A program made the position numbers and the translations under genes. A DNA stretch of 64,000 nucleotides, from contig BDGG01000009.1 in assembly GCA_001949185.1 (NCBI GenBank), positions 1,105,624 to 1,169,623 on the forward strand. The letters are read 5' to 3'. Under the pieces are notes generated by a model. That model made no database searches. It saw nothing but the letters and a program-made list of their open reading frames with translations, and was not told the origin of the DNA. Shown here in pieces: positions 50,940 through 63,034 of the stretch. Every line of letters starts with the position of its first letter. The first letter of the stretch is position 1. This DNA is from Ramazzottius varieornatus (lineage: Eukaryota > Animalia > Tardigrada).

Positions 50940-53201
50940 ATGGATCATCAGAAAGTGGGCAATGGAGCTTCGAGCGGAGGAGGACAGCGTCTTATTCGGA
51001 GAGTGGTGGACATCTTGCTGGAGACATGGGAACACCAGACTGACGAGGGTGGGAAGATCCTGGACTTTAATATGCCAGACAAGCTAATGGTATGTTTGAT
51101 ATTACAGTTTTTGGTCATGGAACGTTTCTTAGGTGTGTCTTTGGCAGAAAATCTTCACTCTCGAGTTGGGAGAGAAAGGAGCAGCTGACGACGAGCTGGT
51201 GCCGATTTGTCAGAGCATCGTCGATCTCAGTCTCCACGCGGGTAAATACCGTGCTACAAAAAGTTTCATGCACTTCGCGAAGTACGTCATCTTACGCACG
51301 AAACAGGGCAAAATTTTCGGACCGGGGTTCAACTGCACGTGCATGATGACGTGCTTCGCGAAGTTCATGAAGCATTACAGTACACTGTCTGCTTTTCATT
51401 AACGATACTATGAAATATGGTTAATTGTTTGTTAGGTCATCCTGCATTCTATAATCAGCTATGGGGAGGCCTGGACGAGTACGGACTGCTGAGCGCATGG
51501 ATGGTGGAAGCATTGCATACGAGCGTGTAATATTGGAAATTTAATTTATGGCATATTATCGTTGTTACGATTAATTCGCAGCATACTCTTGATTGGAATC
51601 CATGTTTCATTTTTAGGTACACCTATGAAGTCGCGCCGCTTTTCACATTAATGGAAACCTATTTGATCCAGCATATCGGAAAAGAGTTAATCGGTTATCC
51701 AGATGTTGATAACATCGGCGGTCTGTTCAATGCCGGTGAGGAAGTATAATTTGTAAGTTGTGGATAATGTTGTTATTGCACATCCGTGTTAATGCTACGA
51801 AATATGCGTGAGGTGTAATGCTGCTGTCTGTAGGAGGATCTATTTCGAACATGATGGCTATCCAATTAGCTCGGTACAAACAAAATCCTTCAGTGAAGAC
51901 GAGAGGTAATCACGCGTTTGATAAGCCGCTGATTATCCTTACGTCCGTCGAAGCGCACTACAGCATTCAAAAAGCTGCTAACGTCCTGGGTATCGGCACC
52001 GATAATGTGTGGAAAGTCCCGACAGATGATAATGGTTGCATGCGACCCAATAAGCTGGAAGAAGAAATCGGCCGAGCAGGGAAGGAAGGCAAGCTTCCGG
52101 TGATGGTGAATGCTACCAGTGGCACTACCGTCCTTGGGGCGTATGACCCGCTAGACCAGGTCGCGAAGATATGTGAAAAACACAAAATATGGATGCATGT
52201 CGATGTAAGAAAAACCATCACGATAAACTGTTAAACTGTGGATCAGAGTGCTTCCACTATTTGAAGACACTCGAGGTAGTTTTTGGCTGACTTACTCTTT
52301 TTTCCGGATGTAGGCAGCTTGGGGAGGTGCTGTGATGCTCTCACCCAAATTACGCCACACAATGAAAGGGATTGAAAGGTAGTTTTGCCGTACTGTAAGG
52401 CCGCAGTGACGTCATTGCGAACCTTTTCTGAAAATTATTATTCTTTAGGGCAGATTCGGTTACTTGGAATCCGCACAAAATGCTGGGTCTGCCTTTACAG
52501 ACTGCACTGCTGATTACTAGACACAAGGTAATTAATTTTGTAAGATTTTTGGGAATTCTCATTCTTGGGAATTCTCATGGTGTAAGTTCTGGTGCCGTAG
52601 GGTTTGCTGTTGGAATGCAACAGCAACAAGTCCAGCTACCTCTTCCAAAGCGACAAATTCTACGACGCCGAGTACGATATCGGTGATAAGACATTCGTGT
52701 GCGGGAGGAAAAACGACGCCTTGAAGCTGTGGTTGACGTGGAAGGGAAGAGGAAAGGCTGACTTGACTGCAGCTGTTGAGAACGCATTTGACATGGCAGA
52801 ATACCTGGCTGAACTGCTTCGAGACCGTGAAGGGTTCCAGCTAGTCCTTCCGAAAGTCCAGTGCACTAACGTGTGCTTTTGGTACATTCCTCCAAGTATG
52901 CGTGGAACAGTCGACTGGAAATCGGAATCCTTCCGGGAGAAACTTGGCAAAGTATAAGATAGTTTTTTTTGCGGATATCATATCGAACTATCAGATATGA
53001 AATCTGCTTTTCGCCTAGGTGGCGCCGTGTTTGAAGAAGCGAATGATGGAGAAAGGTAGTTTGTTCATCGGCTACCAGCCCAATGAAAACCGAAACTTAC
53101 CCAATTTCTTTCGAATGGTGATCCACTGTAATCCTCGTCCCACAAGAGAAAACATGCATTTCGTCGTGGAGGAAATTGAAAGACTTGGGGCAGATTTGTG
53201 A
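50940..53201 (+). CDS. Group II PLP-dependent decarboxylase (CSAD/GADL1/aspartate 1-decarboxylase-like)
   Basis: GHPAFYNQL, YTYEVAPLF, GGSISNM, AHYSIQKAA, TSGTTVLGAYDPL, WMHVDAAWGG, DSVTWNPHK (PLP lysine), YLFQSDKFYD, NVCFWYIPP, NFFRMV. Confidence 0.92.
51265..51371. repeat. Intronic inverted repeat (27-bp arms, each containing the palindrome CTTCGCGAAG)
   Basis: TTCATGCACTTCGCGAAGTACGTCATC ... GATGACGTGCTTCGCGAAGTTCATGAA. Confidence 0.8.
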
Positions 53202-55978
53202 TGCTTTTAGTTCCTATTATGATGATGATGAACACCCGGAGCTGTATTGATCTTTGCGAGTTCCTGTTTGCGTAACACCGTAGTTCCGCTAGCACCCCTA
53301 GTTAGATTTTTGGAAATTCACCTCTGAATTTTTATCGTTACCTTTGCCATATTACCGAAGTGGTTGATTTTCTGTTGAATTTATTCAGAAGCAAGTTTCT
53401 TCTGTGTCGACGTGAACAGAAATGGGAATTGCCGCCATAATACAGGTATTTACATGTGAACGTTTTCTTGATTTCTTTGCTTCCTGAGTCCTTTCTTGAA
53501 AAGGCTGATGAGGTGATTTCGGTAATCGCTTCCCTTCAGTCCGCCCGTATTATCCATTTATCTGCTTACTCATAATTAGAACATTTTCAGATTACTATCG
53601 CGATCCGCATGGAGTAGCTGCCATGGCAAGACCCACAGGAAGCGAAAGAAAGAGCAAACTGGCAGTGGACGGTTCGTCCGAAGGGACGTCACGGAACACT
53701 GACCGAACAACATATCTCGTGCATACCTTGCACACCCAATAGGAAGACACTGCGGTAATAGCTTCACTTTCGAGAAGCTGCTCCGAAGAGCAGCTTCTCC
53801 GGCTGAAGACATCGTTGGCAATCTTTAGTCGATGGTCGAGCCAGAAGCTGCGAGATTGATTGAAGAACTTGACGATGGATCCGAAACAGTGGTAAGTCAC
53901 TTATTGTTACAAGCCCAAACTGATCACATTCGCACGCCGCGTTCCCACGGTTGTTTTTGAATACTGTCACGGTGATTCAGAATGTGGTATCTTTCGTCGA
54001 GCAGGGAAGACTATTTCCGCCAGGAGTCCTCGGAGCGATCCAGAAGCGTTCTTGAATGGGGAAGGGGAAAGTTGAACGTACGAGACTGCGCTTTGCTTGT
54101 CAGGGTGTTGAACTGAACTCCGAGGTGGCCGAACCGCCCCACAGTATCTCAGATGGCTTCATCCGCAGAACTTTCGGCCTCACTTAATCCGCGGCTTTTC
54201 AACATCTTTGCTGGGTTTACCATTCTTAGTCCGGGCAAGTCGTGAATTGTATGAGCAGGACTCAGCTGGTGGTGCTTTCCGTGTCCGTCGCATTTCTGCT
54301 AGTTTTTCTTGTAGTTTCTGACATATCAAGTTACGGTACAAGTTCCTGCAAATGGTTTCCCAGGTACTGATTTTGTTTTCTGCTTTCTTCTGATTTTATT
54401 GAACACTTTGAAGAGGCTCGTGACCGCGCAGAGGATTTGGTCGGACTTTGATACTTCCGCAAGGCTATCCTCGAGTTTCCGAGAAGCCGTGTGGCTGTCT
54501 TGTTTCTCAAAAGTCCCGGGCCGTGAATATTTGTGACGGGAAGAGGTCCGAGCTGCTGACTAGTCAAACCACCCAACGCCAAGTGATTCCAGCCGAATTC
54601 TCACTCGTGCCCTGATTCGCATCACAGACTGCGGTTTGCCACGCTGAACTCGTACGTAAGTACCGTCTTTTAGACGGTTATTCCGCTTCTTTGAATTCCT
54701 CGGTACTGCGTGGTTTTCAATCCTAGCAGTATGCCAATGATTATTTTGTTGACAGGACTACCTGGGTCTTCCTGAAACGCTTTCGGTACAATTATTCACT
54801 TCTGTCACCACAAGTTCCGTGTACCAACTCTAGATGCTTTTTCAGGGACCGTGATACGTTGGTGACCGCTTCTCCAACCGCACTTTCGTGTGGCCGGCGA
54901 CGGCCATACCGGAAGTCAGAAAATGATGTCGAGATTCGGGAATCGGGACCTGGTGGACGTTGAAAGGCTCTGCTTACCAGCGGAAGGAGCCGAACGATGG
55001 ACTACACTATGAGATACTGCCTCCAAGTGTCGCACAGGTACCGTAACTGGCGAGTGTGAATAGCCGGCGAGTGGTGATATTACTCAAATCTAGTATCAAA
55101 ACCCGGCTCACTAACTTCGCCGACATTGTCTTCAGTGAGCTCTGTACAGGGCGGGAGGACAGACAGTCCGACAGCATGTTATCAAAACTGCCTAATTATA
55201 AATTCAAAAGAACCGGTTCTTTCTTTGAGTTTGTGAGGTTCCGATGTCGGACATACGTGTTCGACTTTGTACTGTGGGCCGTGAGCACTGTATGGACCAG
55301 GGTACATATGCGGGAAAAATTTCCGAAATGATCGGAACTTCAAAATAACTTGTGCTGAATTTGCAGACTACATCTAGGAAGCCGCGGAACCCATAACAAG
55401 AACCACGGACCATCCAGCCGACTTACAAGAATGTCAAATTAAGCGAACTGTATGTCTTCGTACGATGCTTGATTCGTCCAAGTATCGAGCGTGATACAGA
55501 ATGCCGAGATGGAAGAGTACATTGCAACTTTACGGTTGCGTTGGGCGCCACTTCATTTATGGACACGCAAGTTACACACGAGCAAAACGCGTAAGCTTCA
55601 AATTAAAGCTAATGTAGGCGTTATTGTTTAATTCAGTGAATAGATCCGATCGTGCTTGTCTTTAAGATAACCCACTGTATGTGATTATATTCTTGACTAG
55701 AGAATACATTTCTCTGATCGGCGTGATCGCCGGACAAGAAAGCGAAATTACATTGTAGGGTTGAGCTGTTTTGTTGCAGAGACCTCCTCACATCAATTCA
55801 AGTTGACACCGTCAAGCTCTTTAGTCTTGCTGGCAGGTACTATCGTTCTCAAGTTGGCGCCTGATGTGATATTTATCGAAGCTGATGGATTTTTTTCCGT
55901 GTCAGCTGGAACAGAATACCACATTTTTCTCTCGGATTAACATTGTAGAGTTTCGCAAAAAGTAAGTTGATTGTAATC

Positions 55979-56199
55979 TGGGTGCGTGGCAAGGAACTCG
56001 ACCAGATCTTTTCCTTGAGTGGCGCACTTTGTTACTCATTTTGGCTCATCTTAACGTCCTCACATGTATCGCTAGAAGCGTGCGCCACTTGGGAATGCAT
56101 TCGTACTCGACGGGATCGCTGTTCCAAGTGGCGCAAATCACTAACAACGTGCGCCACTTGGAGAAACGATCTGGTCGAGTTTTTTTTGCACAGCTCTCG
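55979..56199. repeat. Family A element, 2 units with aberrant loops (about 50 nt and 12 nt)
   Basis: GGCAAGGAACTCGACCAGATC...GATCTGGTCGAGTTTTTTTTGC. Confidence 0.85.
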
Positions 56200-57678
56200 C
56201 GTTTTATTATGATGTATTCGCTTAGCGTTTCTTCTTGATATGTGTTCTCTGAGGTCTCCGCTGGACTGGGCAGGTTCGACAGCCATCGTTCCGCTTGGTG
56301 CTCGTATTAAATGACGACTTTCCAGTCTAGCTGACAGTCTCGCCTGCCTCGCGTAGTTCGGACGTGTTTTTCACCGTGAAATCTTGTTTGTTATCAGTCT
56401 GATCTCTCTTGATCACCTGTGCTAATCAAAAAGCCAAAGCGGAAGTCAATCGCCTATCAAAGCTGTTTTATTCGCTATTGTCGAAACCATACAACGACAA
56501 TCCCTTCATCTGTCTTTTCTTTGTTCTTTCCAGATTGCCAAAGGATGTACCGAACTTGAGTCGTTGAAATATTGAGGAGTATTTTGGTGGAAGGTCTCCG
56601 AGGGTAAGACTGTAATAGGCAAGAGTCTCGAGCTGCACTTGGGGTTTTTGGATGGTTGAGTTCTTCCACGAGGTGATCATCTTCGCTGCCGGTAAGACTA
56701 ACCAGTGGTTTCGCGTTAGGTCGCCCACGTCTGGAGGAAAAAGTGCCATGTGAATATCGTTATGTTTTGCCGCCCTGTCATCAATTGGCTCTTAGTCACG
56801 CTTCCACGTTCCACGTAGCTTCCATACTTCGCCTTATCATAATTCACTTTTGTGTGAAGCTCGACCATCTCAGTCGTAAGCTCGAAGCAAAAAAGCGCCG
56901 TATGAATTTAAAGAAGGTGAAGCGAAAGCCAAGCGATAGTACATGTATCAAGTCGATCACTTTGTAAAGCTTCCGTCGTTTTGTTGCAGGTACCGAACAG
57001 AATATTGGCTCACTCTGTGAGCAGCATACCATGGCATGCGGACTGAAGGACGAGTCAACTAGAAGACAATTTCCAAAGAATCGTGCCTTCTTCAGCATCA
57101 AATAGCGCGTATGGCTTTTTATGATGGAATCTTCACCGGTAAGACTTGACTCTCTGCCATGGCGTTGTCCTACTTGCAAAACTCTTCTCAAACCGATCAA
57201 ACGTAACTATCTCTCTCAAAATTGTCGTTGACAAGGGTGAGAAAACTCTTCGCCTGTTGCACGAAATTACGACCATTTAAAAGGCTACCATTTTGTTTTT
57301 GTTCCACATTATTCGCTACACTGATACTGTGTTTATCTCAACTGCCGGTTACGCGTCCGGTATAACTATTCTGATCTGCTTAATTTCCGCTGCAACAACC
57401 ACCTCCGTTTTCACTCGCAAAACACCGGTGAAGCCTCTTCCTTGTCGAACGCTGCGGAATAATCCGCAAAACTTCCCAAGGAGTATTTCTCAGAGGTCGG
57501 AAACTAAATGCGAACAGTTTGCACACACCTGTGTACTCGCGCACTACAGCAAAAATGTGATTGCGCGTATGCGGGTTTGTGACAGACAAGGATGCTTTGT
57601 TACTCGCCTCGCGCTTGTCATTTGAATGAAATTTCAAGTGTGGGATCTTACTTATTTTGGTTTTTGATAGGTTGAACA

Positions 57679-60600
57679 ATGAGCCATTTTCGCAAATATT
57701 ATTCCCCTTCTACTCTCAATTCCTCCAACGCTTCTTCCACGTCGGCCAGTACGCCATCTACCGTCATCCAGGTGGGTCCTACGACCACTGCTGAAAGTTC
57801 CTCGGAGAATGTGCAGGTTTCAACGGACCCAAATCCACTTCCGTCTACCCACCTGTCCAGCACAGTTTCAGCCTTTCGCGGACAGAGCACGAACCGTGGC
57901 GCTTTGCCCACGTCGAATTTCCTAATCAATCGCCACAAGCTGTTACGGAAGACTGAAGAAGGTAAGGTGATGCGTGAGGGCGGTACTCTGAGTGGATCGC
58001 GCTCGCAGCTGACCGGCAGCTCGTCAAATCTAGCCCATAAGCCAAAAGAATTTGAGAATTATGGCGCTAATGGAAAGTCATTCGTCGAAGATGAAGATAG
58101 ACACGCTTCAACGGACACATCGCGGTATGATGATAGTGCTGGGAACATCACCGAGACGGACTTTTCCGAGCGGTCAGCAGTATCGAGAATCCCTGTTGGA
58201 AACGTGGAATACGGTGGAAACGAGAGGCCGATCGAACATGTTACTTCGCAAAATTTCGAAACTGAGTAAGAACTGGAAACTAAGTTGTAATTCAGAAACT
58301 CTATTCCTGAAACAAAAATAGACAAACGAACAAATTTCTGACTGGGAAGTCCGCAAATGGTGTTACGCAGATCGTTTTTCCAGTGGCGCACGCTTTCGGC
58401 TAATAACAATACAAACGTGCGCCACCTCAGATTGTCGAGTTTGATTGTTTTCCAGGTGGCGCACGTTTTTAGCCTTATTGGCCGTAAGAGTGCGCCACTT
58501 GAGATAAGAACTTGGGTGGACTCATTTGCCGACGTCTTAAATGTTCAATTATTTAGAATAAAAATCAAAATTCTGATAGTTGAAATAATTAAACCATAAG
58601 CCGAATATTTCTTTGGAAATGATGGAAAACCGATTGTGGTTAGAAAGTTGCGTATTATTCTGTAGTAGTGAGGCCCCGCGCGCAGTGTCGTCCGTTCGGT
58701 GGTCGCCGAGCTCGAGCAGTCGCCCACAAGTGCCGCCGAAACCAGATATTTCGAGCAATGAGTTGGAGAGAAAGATGGAGGAGATTGCGGCCAAGTCGAA
58801 ACAAAGTCGAGGGATCTTACGTGTACCGTCCTTGCGTGGGACTCTAACTCGCTCGAGAACGCCCTCACGCGGACCTTCCGAAGAGAGACCGGCAAAGAAA
58901 AAAGAAGAATACTTACACGAAAGTGTTACGTATACAAAAACCAAAGCGCCAGCAGAAGTACCGGTCAGTAGTGCAGCACCTTCTTCTGGCCGAGCTAATT
59001 TCTTCCGCGGTCGATCAGGTAACACAGTCACTTCTTCGTCCTCCTCGCGAGCAGAAGTCTCTTCGCCTCAGTTGCTCAATACTACCACCGACCAAGTTGG
59101 CTCAGCTGTAGAGATTGGTGGTACGTCGAGGAGGATCTCCCCGTCACCTCAACGCACGTCCATCATCCCAGCTCCCATACAGACGGGCACGGTGCAAACC
59201 GCGAACTTATCCTTGAGGGAAACTGATCGACCTGTCGATGTGGAGACTATCGTTCAGATCGCTCCCGTTTATAGCCGGCTCAGCGACGTCCGATCTGCCC
59301 CAAAGCAAACGACGCGAATCCAGGTATTTCCTGTGTTAACAATCCATTCCTACATTTGGAAGCTCGGAAAGCAAATTCCTCCACATCGTTCTCTCAAGTG
59401 GCGCATGCTTCTATCCATTAGCAACGTGCGCCACTGAGGAAAACAGCAAAACTCGACAAAATGTTTTTTCAAGTGGCGCACCCATCTGGCCAGCAACAGT
59501 GCAAACGTGCGTCAGCTGGGAAAACTATCAAAGTCGACCCGATCGTGCTCCCAAGTGGCGCAATCGTTCGACCAATATCACTGAAAAGGTGTGCCACTTG
59601 GAATTAACGATTTGGTCGATTTTGTCCCTTTGGTGTACATCGGAGTATCTGCCTTGACCTTACTATTTTCATTTCACAGCAAATGATGGAGTCCTCTCGG
59701 CCCGCTGTGCCCTCACCAACGCCTAGCGGGTTCATCCAGCCGCAAATCCGTCCCACTCCGCCACGGAAACCGGTCAGAACAGATGTGAACGAAACTCTGA
59801 TAGAAGTTCTTCCGCAAGGGAAAGCGAGACGTCCAGCACCGCCGGTACCGGCTGTCAACCACCGAGCGGCAACAGCTGGTCGTTCTGAGCAGCACGTAAC
59901 GACTATCCGCACCTCCTCTCCGTCACCGACACGTGCTGGTCATCTGTCGACCGTCGCGAACCTCAGCCGCAATACCAGCCCAACGCATGGCGTAACGGTA
60001 CCTGTCAACAATCATAACAATGTAGGACACGATGCCGCAAGGCCCATTCAGCGCATCGAAAGTGCCCCCAAAAGTATTAACGACTCATATGCGGGCCAAA
60101 TGACGTTTGATGATGAGTTCGACTCGTTGATGTCTTCATCACACGTCGATTATGAACATTCGTCGGCTGACGAAGACGATGACTTGGTCAAGAGGTCTCT
60201 CATGAAAGCTTCGGGGAATCGACGAGGAAACATCGAAAATATCGAGGAAGAGAACATCACTACGACCTATGTGGACAACGCACCAACTGTGTACAGGACC
60301 GAGTTCGCCACCCATTCGCAGTCTCACTATGACAAACTACCTCAAAGACATACTCGGACAGGTAACTACAGGTGGCACAGAACACGGAAGGTCGGCGAAA
60401 AACGCTTTTTGCAACCTGCATACATCGTGCTGTACAATTTCCACGGTGTGCGAGTATGCAGGCTCCATAAAATACCTATTCCGCAACCTGCATACATGGA
60501 TCCGTATGGTTTAAATGGTATGGGAGTATGCAGGTTCTTACAGAGGGATAAATGGGTTCTGACAAGCTTTCGTGCAGTTAGCTTCGACTCATGATCGGTT

Positions 60601-61056
60601 TTCTCTGTAGTTGTGCAACGGAAGCCATCGTTTCTTTCCTCGGCTGACGATAGCGACTCATCTCGCGGACAAGGCAATCTAGCTGGGTCGAATGTGCGGT
60701 CAAGTGTGACCACTACACGAGTCTCCCGCCGGGAATCGGACGTCAACCAGGCCGACGCGCAATTACCGCGCGACGATTCGGCGGGTAGGCGTAAGTACGA
60801 CGAACGCCGCCAACTCCTCCGCAGCTTTGAAGAAAATCTCCAACGGAAACGCCATCAGTCGGCTAAAGACGATGATCGCTTTACGCAATCAAATCAAAAC
60901 GGACCGCCGCGGAATACCCAACAACCCCATCACATCTACCGACAAACTGGGTAAGCCGACTTAGAAAATATCAAACGAAATATGATCCCCACAAAATAAA
61001 CGATAGGTGTCGATCAGACGAAGCTTGCTATCACCGTATGTTTGAACAGGTATTAA
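57679..61056 (+). CDS. Uncharacterised Ser/Thr/Pro/Arg-rich, probably disordered protein (4 large exons plus a tiny last exon)
   Basis: Long open exons at about 57679-58265, 58665-59323, 59680-60361 and 60611-60950 bounded by GT-AG; PxxP motifs; no recognised domain. Confidence 0.65.
58343..58539. repeat. Family A element, 2 units (intron of the disordered-protein gene)
   Basis: TGGGAAGTCCGCAAATG...CATTTGCCGACGTCTTA. Confidence 0.85.
59357..59630. repeat. Family A element, 3 units (intron of the disordered-protein gene)
   Basis: Three AAGTGGCGCA hairpins. Confidence 0.85.
60383..60574. repeat. Variant ('family B') element: family-A-like ends with two AACCTGCATAC-N30-GTATGCAGGYT hairpins
   Basis: CACGGAAGGTCGGCGAAAAAC...GTTCTGACAAGCTTTCGTG; cores start at 60413 and 60485. 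Confidence 0.75.
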
Positions 61057-61372
61057 GTTTTAGATAGAGTATTAATTTACTAAAGCCCGAGCTTCCGCTT
61101 GACAAATACGGTGTGCAGTAAGGGTAAACGTCGCTTAACGATCGTTCATTCAATTCATCATTATGGCACTAGGAGCAGTCATTGCGGCCACTTGGAAAGA
61201 GGTACGTGATGGCCTCAGGAACGAAAATATTCTGTACAATAGAAGAAAACAATCACCATGTGTCAAAGAGAGACCGTGAAAGATTTATACACTGGAGAAC
61301 TTAATATTGCTTTATGTACAGCCACAGATCAAAAATCGCTCGTTTGTTCAATACTTGTCACGGTCGCGATGG

Positions 61373-63034
61373 TTATTCCGTGTAGACGTAACGTGGTAAT
61401 GTCTGGCACAGTCTTTCTGTTAGGTCATGCTGCAAAATAAGAACAAAAATACGGTCGTTAATTTTACCAACCAACGAACTCTTCGGACGTCTGTCGGAAC
61501 TTTTGTGGGTGTTGTAACTAATTGCGGTTCTCACCAGGGGTTCCAGCTCCTTCTTGGAGACGAGGTTGAATTCCGTCACAAAGTAATAATAGTGCTTGTA
61601 ACATAAATTAACATGTGGCACCTGCGATAATGAGCAAAGAAGATGGGTCATCTGTGTGGCCAGTGCGGTAGATGATAATGGTAATGAGGATGTGAGTGGG
61701 GTTCTCCAACTTCACTTGGTACAACTTACCGCACTCAAGTCCGTCAAGGTATCGAAGTGATGAATATAAATATGCACAAACACCCGATACATCCGTGAAG
61801 CGATCTTCTTACACGTCGCAAGAAAGTTCGACGGAAAAGGCACATCTACAAGAGATCAATACCAAAATTAAGCCACAGATTAGTAAGAAAAGCTGGGAGC
61901 TCGGCAAAACCTCCAATACTGTATTTCCAAGTGGCGCACATGTCCAGTGTTGTTGGCTAGAGACATGCGCCGCTTGTGAACAACGATCTCGGCGAATTTG
62001 ATTGTTTTCAAAAGCGGCGCATCTTTCTACTTTTAGTGGCTGGGAGCGTGCGCCACTTGATAAACCGATCTGGTGGACTTAGTTTGCAGCGGTCGTAATA
62101 AAAAAAATTTATTGGAAAAAAATCACAAATAATAATAATCATCAATCTAAGAAATACTTTCAAAATAATCTGGAATTGGTGCGCGTTGTTTTTTACGTAC
62201 CGACGAAGACAGGGAAGACTTTGATATCATTGATGGTGGTGTCGACCCAGTCAAGTAGCAGTGTCAGGTATTCGCGAGCCGGCATTCTAGTGGGTTTTTT
62301 GTACTCTCGCCCATCCGACCAGAAATATTCATACCTGTATGATATTATGCAAAAATACCAAATGAAGATATGCGGAGCAAATTGGACCGAGTCAACAGTT
62401 AGAGAGTTCACGGTTCGAGCAAGTGTTTACTTTTGGCCAGCTGACATTGTTGGACATGTTGACGGAGTGCAGTAATCAGTTACCTGAAACAGGCAAAACA
62501 TGTCCGGATTTAAACTAACATTGCCGTACGGACAGACGCACGACGTTGTCCAGCCGTTTTTGTTTGCTTTTCCACATAAGTAACGATGTAAATTCCCAGA
62601 CTTACCGTGCCGTATATCAGGTTGATGCGGTTGAAGAAATCCACAACTACAAAACAAGAACACAAATTCCAGATTCGGGTCGTGAAAAAAAGGAGCTGCG
62701 ATAGCTCTTACTGTAGACAGCAATCCAGTCTTCCAAACTTTCCCCTTCCGGAAGTCTTACTGTCCGCTTCAAGTCGACTTCCGTGTCGAAAGAGGCCAGC
62801 GCTCGTTTATGCAGAGAGTACTTGAGGGTTCCTGGAGTGAAGTGTTTCTTCGGTCTGAACGTCTGCAAAGAAAAAATGCCCACTTCTGTCTTTTCCAGTT
62901 GGTTCAGCACTGCAGGTTGACTGTTTCAAGGAGATTCTTTCTCGTAAAAGGGATCGTACCTTTTTGCGGCTGAAAAAGTCCATAAACTGGGCCATAGATC
63001 TGGCAGGCGGGAAGCCGGCGCTTTTGGGAGCCAT
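61373..63034 (-). CDS. MOB3: MOB kinase activator 3
   Basis: [86 protein letters not shown]. Confidence 0.93.
61894..62097. repeat. Family A element, 2 units (MOB3 intron)
   Basis: TGGGAGCTCGGCAAAA left end; two hairpins. Confidence 0.85.

Noticed and set aside
5968-53201. Metabolic or redox gene cluster (GPD2, CPT1, GCLC, decarboxylase)
   Set aside because: These genes are interspersed with unrelated genes on mixed strands, and nothing suggests more than chance adjacency.
1588-62097. Family A as Introner-type intron-creating elements
   Set aside because: Element ends lie inside introns with variable unrelated flanks before the GT and AG, and some copies are outside introns. They do not supply the splice sites.
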